64,000 nucleotides of DNA from Arcobacteraceae bacterium (GTDB lineage Bacteria > Campylobacterota > Campylobacteria > Campylobacterales > Arcobacteraceae): contig CBDCZH010000015.1 of NCBI GenBank assembly GCA_965224485.1, positions 352,001 to 416,000 of the forward strand. Reading direction: 5' to 3'. The notes under the pieces were generated by a model. The model ran no database searches. It was not told the origin of the DNA and saw nothing but the letters and a program-made list of their open reading frames with translations. The position numbers and the translations under genes were made by a program. Below are positions 9,965 through 19,174 of this stretch, piece by piece. The stretch's first letter is position 1, and each line of letters opens with the position of its first letter.

Positions 9965-11962
9965 TTAAAATCTATATGCTAATTTAATACCAAACTCTCT
10001 TTTTTCTTTAAAAATAGTGGCATTCCCTCTAAAATATGCACCTTTTGCATCATATGTTTTATTAAACACATTATTTGTATACAAATAAATATCATAATCA
10101 TTACTTTCATAACCAATTTTTGTATTAACTAAACTATAGGCTTTTTGATAATTTGTATTTGCTTTATTGAAATATGTTTTTCCATATCCATTTAAATCAA
10201 CTCTTGCAAAATAACCTTTTGCACTTCGATACTGTCCTCCTATATTAAAATTATATTTAGGTGAATAAGGATTTGTGTTATTCTTATAATCTCCAGTATT
10301 ATCCCTAAATTCATCAAAACTAGTATCATTTAACCCTGCACTTGCAAAAATTGTAATTTCACTATTTACTAAGGCTTCAAACTCAAGTTCTAAACCTTTT
10401 GAGCTAGCACTTGCTGCATTTACCATATAAAGAATACCAGGGATTAAACTCTCTTCTACTTGCATATCTTTTATTTTCATATAATAAGTACTTAGATTAA
10501 ATTTAATTCTGTTATCAAGAAACATTCCTTTATATCCTAACTCATAAGAAACAAGAGATTCATCATCATAAGATTTTTTATCATTAGAAGCATAAGGGTT
10601 AAAACCACCTGCTCTATAACCTTTTGATACAGTAGCATAAGCTAAACTACTGTCATCTATCGTATATTGCAAGGATAATTTAGGAGATATATTATTCCAA
10701 GATTTCTCTAAATTAATATTTGAAGCAGATACTTCCATTTTTTTATTTTCTCTATCAAATCTAATACCAGTATTTAAGCTCCATTTCTCACTTATAGGAT
10801 AGGTGATATTTGTAAAAACACCTATACTACTTGAAGAAAGATTTTGAGGTTTAGAATTTCTTCCACTTAAATCAAAAGCAGTAATAGCTTTAATATAAAT
10901 ATCATTATCTTCTTTATCAATATAAACTCCTGATACAAGTTTGAGTTCTGATATTTTTGTTTCATATCTTAGTTCTTGGGATAAGGTATTAAAATCAAAA
11001 TCTTTATATAAATGTCTTTTTGTGAAAGCTGTAAAATCTGTATCTATTACAGCTTTATCCTTATGTTGTCTTTTTGTACTAATTGATTTTATTTTTGTAT
11101 CTTTATTTAAACTATAATCAATACTAAGAGAGAAACTATCTATACTAGGAGTTGAGCTTCCTTCTAAATTTGATGTAACTTCAGGCACACCGGCTTTAGA
11201 ACTAGCCCAATCATGAGCTCCATTATTACCTTTACTTCTTGAAGCTATTAAAGAAATATCAAGGTCATCATTTGGCGTATATCTTAAGTTTATTTTCCCA
11301 GAATTATTTTCTTTTTCATTTATATATTTATTTGTTACAGTATTTTTAATAAAACCATCTTTTTCCTTATGATTAAAAGCAAGTCCCATATAAAATCTGT
11401 CTTCTTTTATTGCACCTGATATATTTCCTGAAAGTTCTCTTTTCCCATTATTTCCAATATCAAGAAATAAACCAGCTCTAGTATCATTATTTGGTTTTTT
11501 TGTAAGTACATTTATAACTCCAACTTCTGAATTCTTTCCATAAAGTGTACCCTGAGGTCCTCTTAAAACTTCAATTCTTTCTATATCCATTAAAGCATCA
11601 GTAAAACCAAAACTATTCATTGTAGGAACTCCATCTATATATAAACTAACAGGAGAAGAGTAAGACAATATTTTGGCACTTATTCCTCTTATAGAAGGAG
11701 AAGTTAAACCTTCTTGCCCTGTATTAAATAATAATAAGTTTGGAGTATATTTTGCTATATCTCCTAAACTTCCTATTGATTTGTCTTCTAGGGCTATATC
11801 ATTAAATACACTTATGCTAAGAGGAACTTTTTGTACATTTTCTTCACTCTTAGAAGCAGTTACGATAAGTGTTTCTAAACTTGTTATATCTTTTGAAAAA
11901 AGATTATTACTCAATATTAAACTTGCCACTATGGAGATAGTTATATGTTTTTTATTTAACAT
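9965..11962 (-). CDS. TonB-dependent siderophore receptor (FyuA-like) 1
   Basis: Signal peptide, TonB box (ETLIVTA), IERIEVLRGPQGTLYG plug motif, C-terminal YRF. Confidence 0.9.
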   Translation of the reverse strand: MLNKKHITISIVASLILSNNLFSKDITSLETLIVTASKSEENVQKVPLSISVFNDIALEDKSIGSLGDIAKYTPNLLLFNTGQEGLTSPSIRGISAKILSYSSPVSLYIDGVPTMNSFGFTDALMDIERIEVLRGPQGTLYGKNSEVGVINVLTKKPNNDTRAGLFLDIGNNGKRELSGNISGAIKEDRFYMGLAFNHKEKDGFIKNTVTNKYINEKENNSGKINLRYTPNDDLDISLIASRSKGNNGAHDWASSKAGVPEVTSNLEGSSTPSIDSFSLSIDYSLNKDTKIKSISTKRQHKDKAVIDTDFTAFTKRHLYKDFDFNTLSQELRYETKISELKLVSGVYIDKEDNDIYIKAITAFDLSGRNSKPQNLSSSSIGVFTNITYPISEKWSLNTGIRFDRENKKMEVSASNINLEKSWNNISPKLSLQYTIDDSSLAYATVSKGYRAGGFNPYASNDKKSYDDESLVSYELGYKGMFLDNRIKFNLSTYYMKIKDMQVEESLIPGILYMVNAASASSKGLELEFEALVNSEITIFASAGLNDTSFDEFRDNTGDYKNNTNPYSPKYNFNIGGQYRSAKGYFARVDLNGYGKTYFNKANTNYQKAYSLVNTKIGYESNDYDIYLYTNNVFNKTYDAKGAYFRGNATIFKEKREFGIKLAYRF

Positions 11963-11997
11963 ATTTGTTTTCCTTTAATTAAATTTTTATATTTTGT

Positions 11998-12071
11998 ATT
12001 CTATACTTAAAAATAATGAGATTCAATATCATTAGTATTACTAAAGGTTTAATTTCTATTATAGAAGGAAA
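11998..12071 (-). promoter_or_regulatory. Promoter of receptor 1: -10, Fur-like box, tandem 15-mers
   Basis: TAGAAT (11998-12003, minus strand); taatgagattcaatatcatta 12014-12034; tattactaaaggttt 12036 and tattatagaaggaaa 12057. Confidence 0.65.
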
Positions 12072-12074
12072 TAT

Positions 12075-13019
12075 ATGTCTAAAATAAGACTAAATGATTT
12101 AAATAAACAAGCTTTTACTAACCATAAAGATGGAATTATAAAAAATACTTTACCTAGTGAAATAGGAAGAGATCTTACTCAAAGTATAAAATTACAAGAT
12201 GATTTTTATTTAATTAAAAGTGACTATACATTTAAAACAGATACACAAATACAATCAGAACAAAAGGAAGAGAAGCTAATAATCACACTTTCGTTAAAAG
12301 GAAACTCTTCTTATAAAAATTTAGATAATAAAAAAATAAACTTTAAAGAAGGTTATACCACAGTAGCTTTTCTAAAAAAGAGCATGGGATTTAGAGAGTA
12401 TGAAGATAATGAAGTTTCACAAATAAGACTTATATTAAAAGAAGATTTTTTAAAAAGAAATTTTAGTCCTAAACTATTAGAAAAATATTTAAAACATACT
12501 AAAGAAGATTTAAACCTAATAAACTTTTCACCAACCATCATCCAATCACAGCTAATTTTAAATGAGATGTTGTTATATGATAATAAAGAACAAGCAGGTA
12601 ATTTTTATATTCAAAGTAAAACTTTAGAATTATTATATTTAGAAATAAATAAACTAGAAAGAAAAAAACAACTTATAATACTTGATGATTATGATAAAGA
12701 TGCAATATATAAAGCAAAAGAAATTTTAATAAATAATATACAAAACCCACCCTCAATTATAGATTTAGCAAAACTAGTTCATTTAAATGAAGTCAAGTTA
12801 AAAATAGGATTTAAAGAAGTTTTTAATACTAGCCCGTATAAATTATTATTAAAATACAAAATGAATAAGGCAAAAATACTTTTAGAGCAAGGAGATTATA
12901 ATATAAGTGAAATAGCCAAACTTTCTGGTTATAAGTTTGCAACTAATTTCACAAATGCTTTTTTTAAAGAGTTTAAAATAAGACCAAAAGATTTCATGAA
13001 AACTAAAAACTATTATTAA
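12075..13019 (+). CDS. AraC-family regulator (PchR/YbtA-like) 1
   Basis: PPSIIDLAKLVHLNEVKLKIGFK and ISEIAKLSGY..FTNAF double HTH; divergent from the receptor. Confidence 0.9.
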   Translation: MSKIRLNDLNKQAFTNHKDGIIKNTLPSEIGRDLTQSIKLQDDFYLIKSDYTFKTDTQIQSEQKEEKLIITLSLKGNSSYKNLDNKKINFKEGYTTVAFLKKSMGFREYEDNEVSQIRLILKEDFLKRNFSPKLLEKYLKHTKEDLNLINFSPTIIQSQLILNEMLLYDNKEQAGNFYIQSKTLELLYLEINKLERKKQLIILDDYDKDAIYKAKEILINNIQNPPSIIDLAKLVHLNEVKLKIGFKEVFNTSPYKLLLKYKMNKAKILLEQGDYNISEIAKLSGYKFATNFTNAFFKEFKIRPKDFMKTKNYY

Positions 13020-13054
13020 ATATAAGCTTTTAATGTAAAATTAAAAGCTTATAT
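13020..13054. terminator. Hairpin between convergent genes
   Basis: atataagcttttaat-gtaaa-attaaaagcttatat, perfect 15-bp stem. Confidence 0.65.
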
Positions 13055-13061
13055 ATTTAGC

Positions 13062-14975
13062 TTATTCTAAAATAAGAAATATTAAAGCAAATATTCCTGC
13101 AAATAATATAAGAAAAAATCTTAAAATATTACTTTTTAAATCTTTTTTTCTAAAATACAGAAATACAAAGTATAAGAGAGCTAAAACAAATGAAACTTTA
13201 AAAGCTTTCACTGAAGCTATTTTAAAACTATACTCTTCAAAAGTTTTATATCTATTTTCCTCAATAATAAAAGGAAAAATGTATTCATATATAGTTTTAT
13301 ATATAGGATTAACTTGAGGAATAGAAACTTTAAACTCTCCTAAATAATTGTAGTTTTTATCCAAAGCAAGAGCATAAACATTTTTCTCATCTCTATATCG
13401 TATAGTTTTATTTAATGAATTTGCATAAATCTCAAGAATCATAGATTCTGGTTTATAATGTTTTAATGGCAACTTCACTAATTTATAATCATCATAAGTA
13501 ATTAAATATACTTCGTTTTTTTGTGATAAGAGTGTTCCATAAAACTCTTTTTTTCTACTTTCTGATATCTTAATGTATTTTATTTTTATATCACTATTAT
13601 AATGAATATTTTTTACATATAATTTATCATCATATTTTTTCATATGAAAAAGTTTATCTTCAGAATCAAGTAAAAAATATCCCTCATCTAAGGGTTTAAT
13701 ATTAGTAGTTTTTCCTGCAATTATTTTAGCTGGAAAAACAAAACCTTTTTCTAAAAGTATTTTAGTATACGCACTTTCTAAATCACTATTTTTATTTTCA
13801 TGTTCAGAGTTATATACTTCAAAGCTCTTTTGTAAACTAAACATAATATCAGGGAAAGCTATCATTCCTTTTTTACTACTTGGATTAAATAAAGGGTATA
13901 AAGGTATTTGTTTTGAATTCTCATATAAATTTTTAAAGGTTAAGCGAAAACTTTGTCTTCCTTGTTTAATCTGTTTTTTACTATATTTTATGCCCTTTAT
14001 AATAAGAGGTAATCTTTTTTGAATATCTAAGTTTCTCCAATAAGTAAAAGGCAAGGCTTCTTCAAACTCTTTTCGATTAAAAGTATTTCCCAAACTATCT
14101 CCGAAGATAAAATTATGTCCTCCATAATGTTGTTTATAAATAAACTTATCTTGACTTGGGGAGAAAAAGACATAAGAAGCTAAAGAATTATCTTTTGTAA
14201 AACTTGTATATATTTTAGGAAAGTAAAAACCAAGACTTAATATAAAACAAAATAATAAACTAAGATAAGCAAGTTTTGGTATTATTGTCTTTTCTTTGAG
14301 TAAAGAATAGTTTCCATTTTTAAAGCGATAAAGTGATAATAAGGGAATTAGTAAACTAAGAGCTGCTACAAAAAGTAAAATTAAGAAAACATCTTCATAT
14401 GCACTATAATTATTATTTAGGTAAAAAATAAAACTTAACATTAAAAAAACTAAAATTAAAAGACTTTTTCTCTTCCAATAAGGTTCAATCATAACAGCAC
14501 TTGTTCCAATATATAAAACAAAAGAAGCTAAAACCCAAGGTAATGAGGTAATAATAGCATTTAGCGCAACAAGTGAAGGAAAAAAGTTTAAAGAAATAAG
14601 ATATAAAGCTAGTAAAAATCCTAAATTTAATGCCAATAAAAGTAAAAAACCAACTAAAAGATATAAAAGCACCATACGGTTTTGATTTATTGGTAAATGA
14701 AGTGGAATTCTAAATTTCTTTTTATGAATTTCAGGCAAAAACTGAGCTAAGGATAAAACAACAGCAGCAAGAGCAGGAAAAAACTTTAAATCTTCATAAT
14801 ATAAATTCCCTATATGAATAACTTCATACCATACCATACTATGAGGCTCAATTTCAGAAAACCTTTTTATTAAATCCATATATAAATACAGTAAAGCAAA
14901 AGTAAATAATACAAGTAAAGCTAAGTATATATATTTTATTTTTAAATATTCTTTTTTTAAAATTGCTGTAAACAT
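13062..14975 (-). CDS. DUF4857-type membrane protein (probable permease partner of the ABC ATPase)
   Basis: N-terminal multi-TM region (KKEYLK, AQFLPE..LHLP), large soluble domain (LPFTY, YPLF, KPLDEGYF), C-terminal TM segments. Confidence 0.65.
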   Translation of the reverse strand: MFTAILKKEYLKIKYIYLALLVLFTFALLYLYMDLIKRFSEIEPHSMVWYEVIHIGNLYYEDLKFFPALAAVVLSLAQFLPEIHKKKFRIPLHLPINQNRMVLLYLLVGFLLLLALNLGFLLALYLISLNFFPSLVALNAIITSLPWVLASFVLYIGTSAVMIEPYWKRKSLLILVFLMLSFIFYLNNNYSAYEDVFLILLFVAALSLLIPLLSLYRFKNGNYSLLKEKTIIPKLAYLSLLFCFILSLGFYFPKIYTSFTKDNSLASYVFFSPSQDKFIYKQHYGGHNFIFGDSLGNTFNRKEFEEALPFTYWRNLDIQKRLPLIIKGIKYSKKQIKQGRQSFRLTFKNLYENSKQIPLYPLFNPSSKKGMIAFPDIMFSLQKSFEVYNSEHENKNSDLESAYTKILLEKGFVFPAKIIAGKTTNIKPLDEGYFLLDSEDKLFHMKKYDDKLYVKNIHYNSDIKIKYIKISESRKKEFYGTLLSQKNEVYLITYDDYKLVKLPLKHYKPESMILEIYANSLNKTIRYRDEKNVYALALDKNYNYLGEFKVSIPQVNPIYKTIYEYIFPFIIEENRYKTFEEYSFKIASVKAFKVSFVLALLYFVFLYFRKKDLKSNILRFFLILFAGIFALIFLILE

Positions 14976-15904
14976 TAGTATCTCCCCATAAGCCCAATAA
15001 AGGCATCTTCTAAGCTTATACTTTTCTCATTAACATCATTTATCTGTAAGTCCTTAAACATCTTATGATGTAGTTTTAAATTATTAAAAACTTCATCTTT
15101 GTTTTTATAAGAATATATTCTCATATTATTTTTTCTTACTTCTATATTTTTAATTACATCATTTTTAAATATTTTTTCTAAGTCTCTTACTTTTACATTC
15201 AAAGGAAGTGTAATATCAACATTATAAGAGTTAAAATCATTTAATAAACTAGGTAAGTCTGTTTTTATAATCTCACCACCTCTATTTAAAAGAATTATGT
15301 CATCAATTAAATCTTCTAAATCTTGTACAATGTGAGAAGTTACAAAAACAGTTCGCTCACCTTGTTTTACATAATCGTGCAAATAATCTAAAAATAGTCT
15401 TCTATACCCAGCATCTAAACCCATAGAATAATCATCTAACACTAGGAGTTCAGGATTTTGTGCAAAAATAAGTCCTAATACTACTTGTGATCTTTGTCCA
15501 TAAGACATATTAGAAATTTTGTGTGTTTTAGGAAGGGCTAAAAGTTCTATTAAATCATAATAAACATCTCTTTTCCACTCATCATAAAAAGATGAATAAA
15601 ACTTTTCAATCTGCTCAATAGTCATAAACTCAAAAGTTTGATGGCCTTCATGAAGAAGACCAATTTTCTTTCTTGATTGTTTACTTATATTATGAGAAGG
15701 TTCACCAAAAATCAAACATTCTCCTGATTGTGGTTTTAAAAAACCCATAAGAATATTAATCAGTGTTGTTTTTCCAACTCCATTTTTTCCTAATAAGCCA
15801 ACAACTTTTCCTCTGTTAACAGAAAAATTCAAATTTTCATAAATTTTTTTATTTCCGTAATAATGAGTTAAATTTTTAACCTCAACAATTTTTTGCATTT
15901 TCAT
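14975..15904 (-). CDS. ABC transporter ATP-binding protein
   Basis: GKNGVGKT Walker A, MSYGQ signature, LVLDDYSMGLD Walker B variant; start probably at MKMQKIV. Confidence 0.9.
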   Translation of the reverse strand: MKMQKIVEVKNLTHYYGNKKIYENLNFSVNRGKVVGLLGKNGVGKTTLINILMGFLKPQSGECLIFGEPSHNISKQSRKKIGLLHEGHQTFEFMTIEQIEKFYSSFYDEWKRDVYYDLIELLALPKTHKISNMSYGQRSQVVLGLIFAQNPELLVLDDYSMGLDAGYRRLFLDYLHDYVKQGERTVFVTSHIVQDLEDLIDDIILLNRGGEIIKTDLPSLLNDFNSYNVDITLPLNVKVRDLEKIFKNDVIKNIEVRKNNMRIYSYKNKDEVFNNLKLHHKMFKDLQINDVNEKSISLEDAFIGLMGRY

Positions 15905-16048
15905 TCCTAAATATTTTTCTTTTATCATTATTTTTTTTTGAAGAACTACATCCACAAGAATTACAAGTATTATTTTTAAATAAAGATTTATATAAAAATA
16001 CTAAGGAAGTTAAGGAAATAAGAAAAGTGAAGATATATTCATAAGTAC

Positions 16049-16351
16049 TCATTCAGCGATATCCTCACCTTTTATAGAAACTTTATGTCCCTCCCCTGCA
16101 TCAAAATGTACAGTAAAGTTGACTCTTGGTTTAACAAAGGAGAACTCACTATCTTCATTCATTCGTCCTTCAATAATCTTTTTATTATTTTGTTTAACAT
16201 ACATAACTACTCCACTTGCACTACTACCGTCTGAAAAACCACCTTCACAAACAATAGTTCCATCTCCATTATCAAAACAAGACATAATTGCAGTATGTGC
16301 GAAAATATTACTTGAGATAAGACTTAGAGATATTAATACTTTTTTAAACAT
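16049..16351 (-). CDS. Small secreted/periplasmic protein, FpvJ-like
   Basis: Signal peptide ending A-H; C..CEGGFSDGS and FDAGEGH motifs resemble, from memory, Pseudomonas FpvJ. Confidence 0.55.
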   Translation of the reverse strand: MFKKVLISLSLISSNIFAHTAIMSCFDNGDGTIVCEGGFSDGSSASGVVMYVKQNNKKIIEGRMNEDSEFSFVKPRVNFTVHFDAGEGHKVSIKGEDIAE

Positions 16352-18809
16352 ATTCTTCCTTTTTTTTATTTAATATAGGAATAAATCCTAAAAGAACAGT
16401 AATACTAGCAACAAATATATAGAAAAAATACATAGTTTCTAAACCACTTAAATTAAAGGTATTTCCAACGTTGTATACTAAAACTGATGCTGCTAATCCT
16501 AAAATCATTGGATATATTATTGCAAAAAACATCCATTTATATGAGTTTGTTTGAACCCTAATCATAATCATTGTTGCAATACAAGGAGGAGTTAATGCCA
16601 TAAAAATAATAATTGCAACTGCACTCACTGCTGTATATACAGTAGAATTCTCAAACACATTATTCTTTGTTGTTTTAATATTATTGTTTTCATATAAAGC
16701 TCCAATTGTTGCAACAGAACTCTCCCTTGCTGCAAAAGATGATAAGAAAGCTACATTAATCTTCCAATCAAAACCTGCATATTTTGTAATTGGAACAAAA
16801 AACTTGCCCATCATTCCCAAAGCAGAGTTCTCTATTTTTTCATTTTTCATTTCTCTAAAAAGAGCTTTTCTTTTCCTAATTAACTTTTTAAATATTTTAT
16901 TAACTTTTTTAGCTTCTTTATCTCTTTTAGGTTTTACAATTTTAAAAAATATTGGATTTTTAGAAATATAAATATTGTCTATTTTTTTAGCAGCAACTTT
17001 ACCTTTTGAGTTCATTCTTTTTGCTCTATAAGTATTGTAATAATTTATTAGTAAAGATAACTCTTCTTTTTCATCAAAACTAGAATAATATTTATTAGTC
17101 TTAATATTTTTATAAAAATCAATTTGCATTTGCTGTGCTTTATTATCTAAGAGTATTTTTTTATCTTTAGAAATACCTGGAAATTGAATGAGTACAAATA
17201 AAACGACCGCAACAGCAGCTACAATTGTTACGATTTTCTTAAGATATAGATATATTCTGTCATAAACTTTTACTAATAATCCTCTTAATGTAGGAAGATG
17301 ATAAGAAGGAAGTTCCATAATAAAAGGTGTTGTATCATACGATACAAAAAGACTAAGAGATAGGATTTTCCCTACACTTAAAGCTATTAAAATAGTAACA
17401 GTAGAAATTAAAAACATCATAATTGCCATATCTTCTTTAAAAAATGCAGCAATAATTAGAGTATAGAATGGTATTTTAGCAAGACAATTCATCAAAGGAA
17501 CAGTAAGAATTGTAATCATTTGAGCTTTCTTATCATTCATTCCTTTTGTTGCCATAACTCCAGGAACAGCGCAACCTCCTGCAAAAATTCCTCCTAATAC
17601 CAAAGGAAGAGTTGATTCTCCATGTAAACCAAAACGCGTAAATAATCTATCTAAGATAAAAGCCATTCTAGGCATATAACCAATATCTTCAAGCAAAGCA
17701 ATAAGAAAAAATAAAATTAAAAATATGGGAATATAATTCAATAAAGCGTTAATGCTGTTAATCATCCAAATTGCAAACTGTGTTATATAAGGAATTGAGC
17801 TTATATTTTCAGCAGGAAAGAAAGATATAACAAAAGTTTTGAAAGTTGCTAAAAGGGGCCAAGTATAGCTTGTAAGTTCATATCCATATACTATTGATAG
17901 TTGATAAAGGATATAAATAATTAGAGCTAAAATTGGTAAAGCTAAAAACCTATTTAGAACAATTTTATCTATTTTATTAGTAATAGTATTTGTTTTTCTT
18001 ACTGTATTCTTTGTACAAAGATTTACAAAATAATCTGCTTTTTCATATCTTATTTTTACAATATATTGAGTAATTGAAATATCATAATTCTTATTAAACT
18101 CATTTTTATAAATATCTAAGGCCTCAAAAATTTCTTTAAAATTTAAACACTTTTCTTTAATCAGTTTGCATATTTCTTTATCATTTTCAAAAAGTTTTAC
18201 ACTTAAATAGTGAGTTGATAATTCAAAAGTAGTCTTATTTAATAAGATTTTTATTTTATTTATATACTTTTGTAAAAATTTATAATCTATAACTTCTGAA
18301 ATATATTTTTCTTTATTATTATTTACTTCTAAAATTCCTTCTTTTACTTCTAATAAACCCTCTTTTTTTGAAGCTACTGTTTCTACAATTTTTGCATTTG
18401 TTACTCTTTTTAATTTTGTAAAATCAAATTCACAAAAATTTTGTTTAGCAACATCAATCATATTAAAAGCAATAATCATTGGTTTTTGCATATCAAAAAG
18501 TTGCATACTTAAGTATAAATTTCTTCTTAATGTTGATGAATCAATAATATTTAAAATAATATCTGTTTGTTTATTTAAAATATAATCTCTTGTTATTTTT
18601 TCTTCAATTGAATATGATGAAAAAGAATAGGTACCTGGTAAGTCAATAAGATCAATTTTTTTATTTAAAAACTCAAAAGAACCACTTTTTTTATCAAGTG
18701 TGACACCTGGATAATTTGCTATATGTTGTTTCATATTTGTAAGCATATTAAATATTGTAGATTTACCACAATTTGGCTGCCCTACTAAAACAACTTGAAC
18801 TTTATTCAT
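16344..18809 (-). CDS. feoB: Ferrous iron transporter B, long variant with a Lys-rich soluble insert
   Basis: GQPNCGKS, NYPGVT, DLPGTYS and NMID G-motifs; EDIGYMPRMAF, FIMELPSY and PPCIAT membrane motifs. Confidence 0.95.
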   Translation of the reverse strand: MNKVQVVLVGQPNCGKSTIFNMLTNMKQHIANYPGVTLDKKSGSFEFLNKKIDLIDLPGTYSFSSYSIEEKITRDYILNKQTDIILNIIDSSTLRRNLYLSMQLFDMQKPMIIAFNMIDVAKQNFCEFDFTKLKRVTNAKIVETVASKKEGLLEVKEGILEVNNNKEKYISEVIDYKFLQKYINKIKILLNKTTFELSTHYLSVKLFENDKEICKLIKEKCLNFKEIFEALDIYKNEFNKNYDISITQYIVKIRYEKADYFVNLCTKNTVRKTNTITNKIDKIVLNRFLALPILALIIYILYQLSIVYGYELTSYTWPLLATFKTFVISFFPAENISSIPYITQFAIWMINSINALLNYIPIFLILFFLIALLEDIGYMPRMAFILDRLFTRFGLHGESTLPLVLGGIFAGGCAVPGVMATKGMNDKKAQMITILTVPLMNCLAKIPFYTLIIAAFFKEDMAIMMFLISTVTILIALSVGKILSLSLFVSYDTTPFIMELPSYHLPTLRGLLVKVYDRIYLYLKKIVTIVAAVAVVLFVLIQFPGISKDKKILLDNKAQQMQIDFYKNIKTNKYYSSFDEKEELSLLINYYNTYRAKRMNSKGKVAAKKIDNIYISKNPIFFKIVKPKRDKEAKKVNKIFKKLIRKRKALFREMKNEKIENSALGMMGKFFVPITKYAGFDWKINVAFLSSFAARESSVATIGALYENNNIKTTKNNVFENSTVYTAVSAVAIIIFMALTPPCIATMIMIRVQTNSYKWMFFAIIYPMILGLAASVLVYNVGNTFNLSGLETMYFFYIFVASITVLLGFIPILNKKKEEYV

Positions 18810-19026
18810 ATTTCACTCGTATACTTTGTGCTTCTTTTACTCGTAAACTTATATTGTATGACAATATTTCAACTTCTATTGGGTCATTTAAAGGGGATTT
18901 TCTAATCAATTTTATTTTACTGCCTTTAATAAATCCCATATCATAGAATTTTTGAAGTAACATTCCACTTGCATTAATTTCAATAATTTCAGCACTAAGA
19001 TTGATTTTCAATTCATCTACTGTCAA
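18802..19026 (-). CDS. feoA: FeoA
   Basis: 74 aa; DMGF..G, SPLNDPIEV and SLR motifs; overlaps feoB. Confidence 0.9.
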   Translation of the reverse strand: MTVDELKINLSAEIIEINASGMLLQKFYDMGFIKGSKIKLIRKSPLNDPIEVEILSYNISLRVKEAQSIRVKYE

Positions 19027-19053
19027 GATATACCTTTATTATTATTTAAATAG

Positions 19054-19127
19054 ATTTTATCTTAAGTTATAAGAAGTATCAATATCATTTTAATTAAGAA
19101 AGTATTTTTTTTTATTTAGAAAGTATT
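19054..19127 (-). promoter_or_regulatory. feoA promoter: -10, Fur-like box, tandem 15-mers
   Basis: TAAAAT 19054-59; gaagtatcaatatcatt ~19073-89; aattaagaaagtatt 19092 and tatttagaaagtatt 19113. Confidence 0.6.
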
Positions 19128-19141
19128 TTTTAAAGAAGAAT

Positions 19142-19169
19142 AACTAGAAAGTACTACTACTTTCTAGTT
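19142..19169 (-). terminator. Terminator of receptor 2
   Basis: aactagaaagta-ctac-tactttctagtt hairpin right after the stop codon. Confidence 0.65.
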
Positions 19170-19174
19170 TCTTA

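Noticed and set aside
19092..19155. Repeated agaaagta units read as a CRISPR or tandem array
   Set aside because: Only 2-3 short copies with no spacers and no cas genes; explained by the tandem regulatory site and a terminator stem
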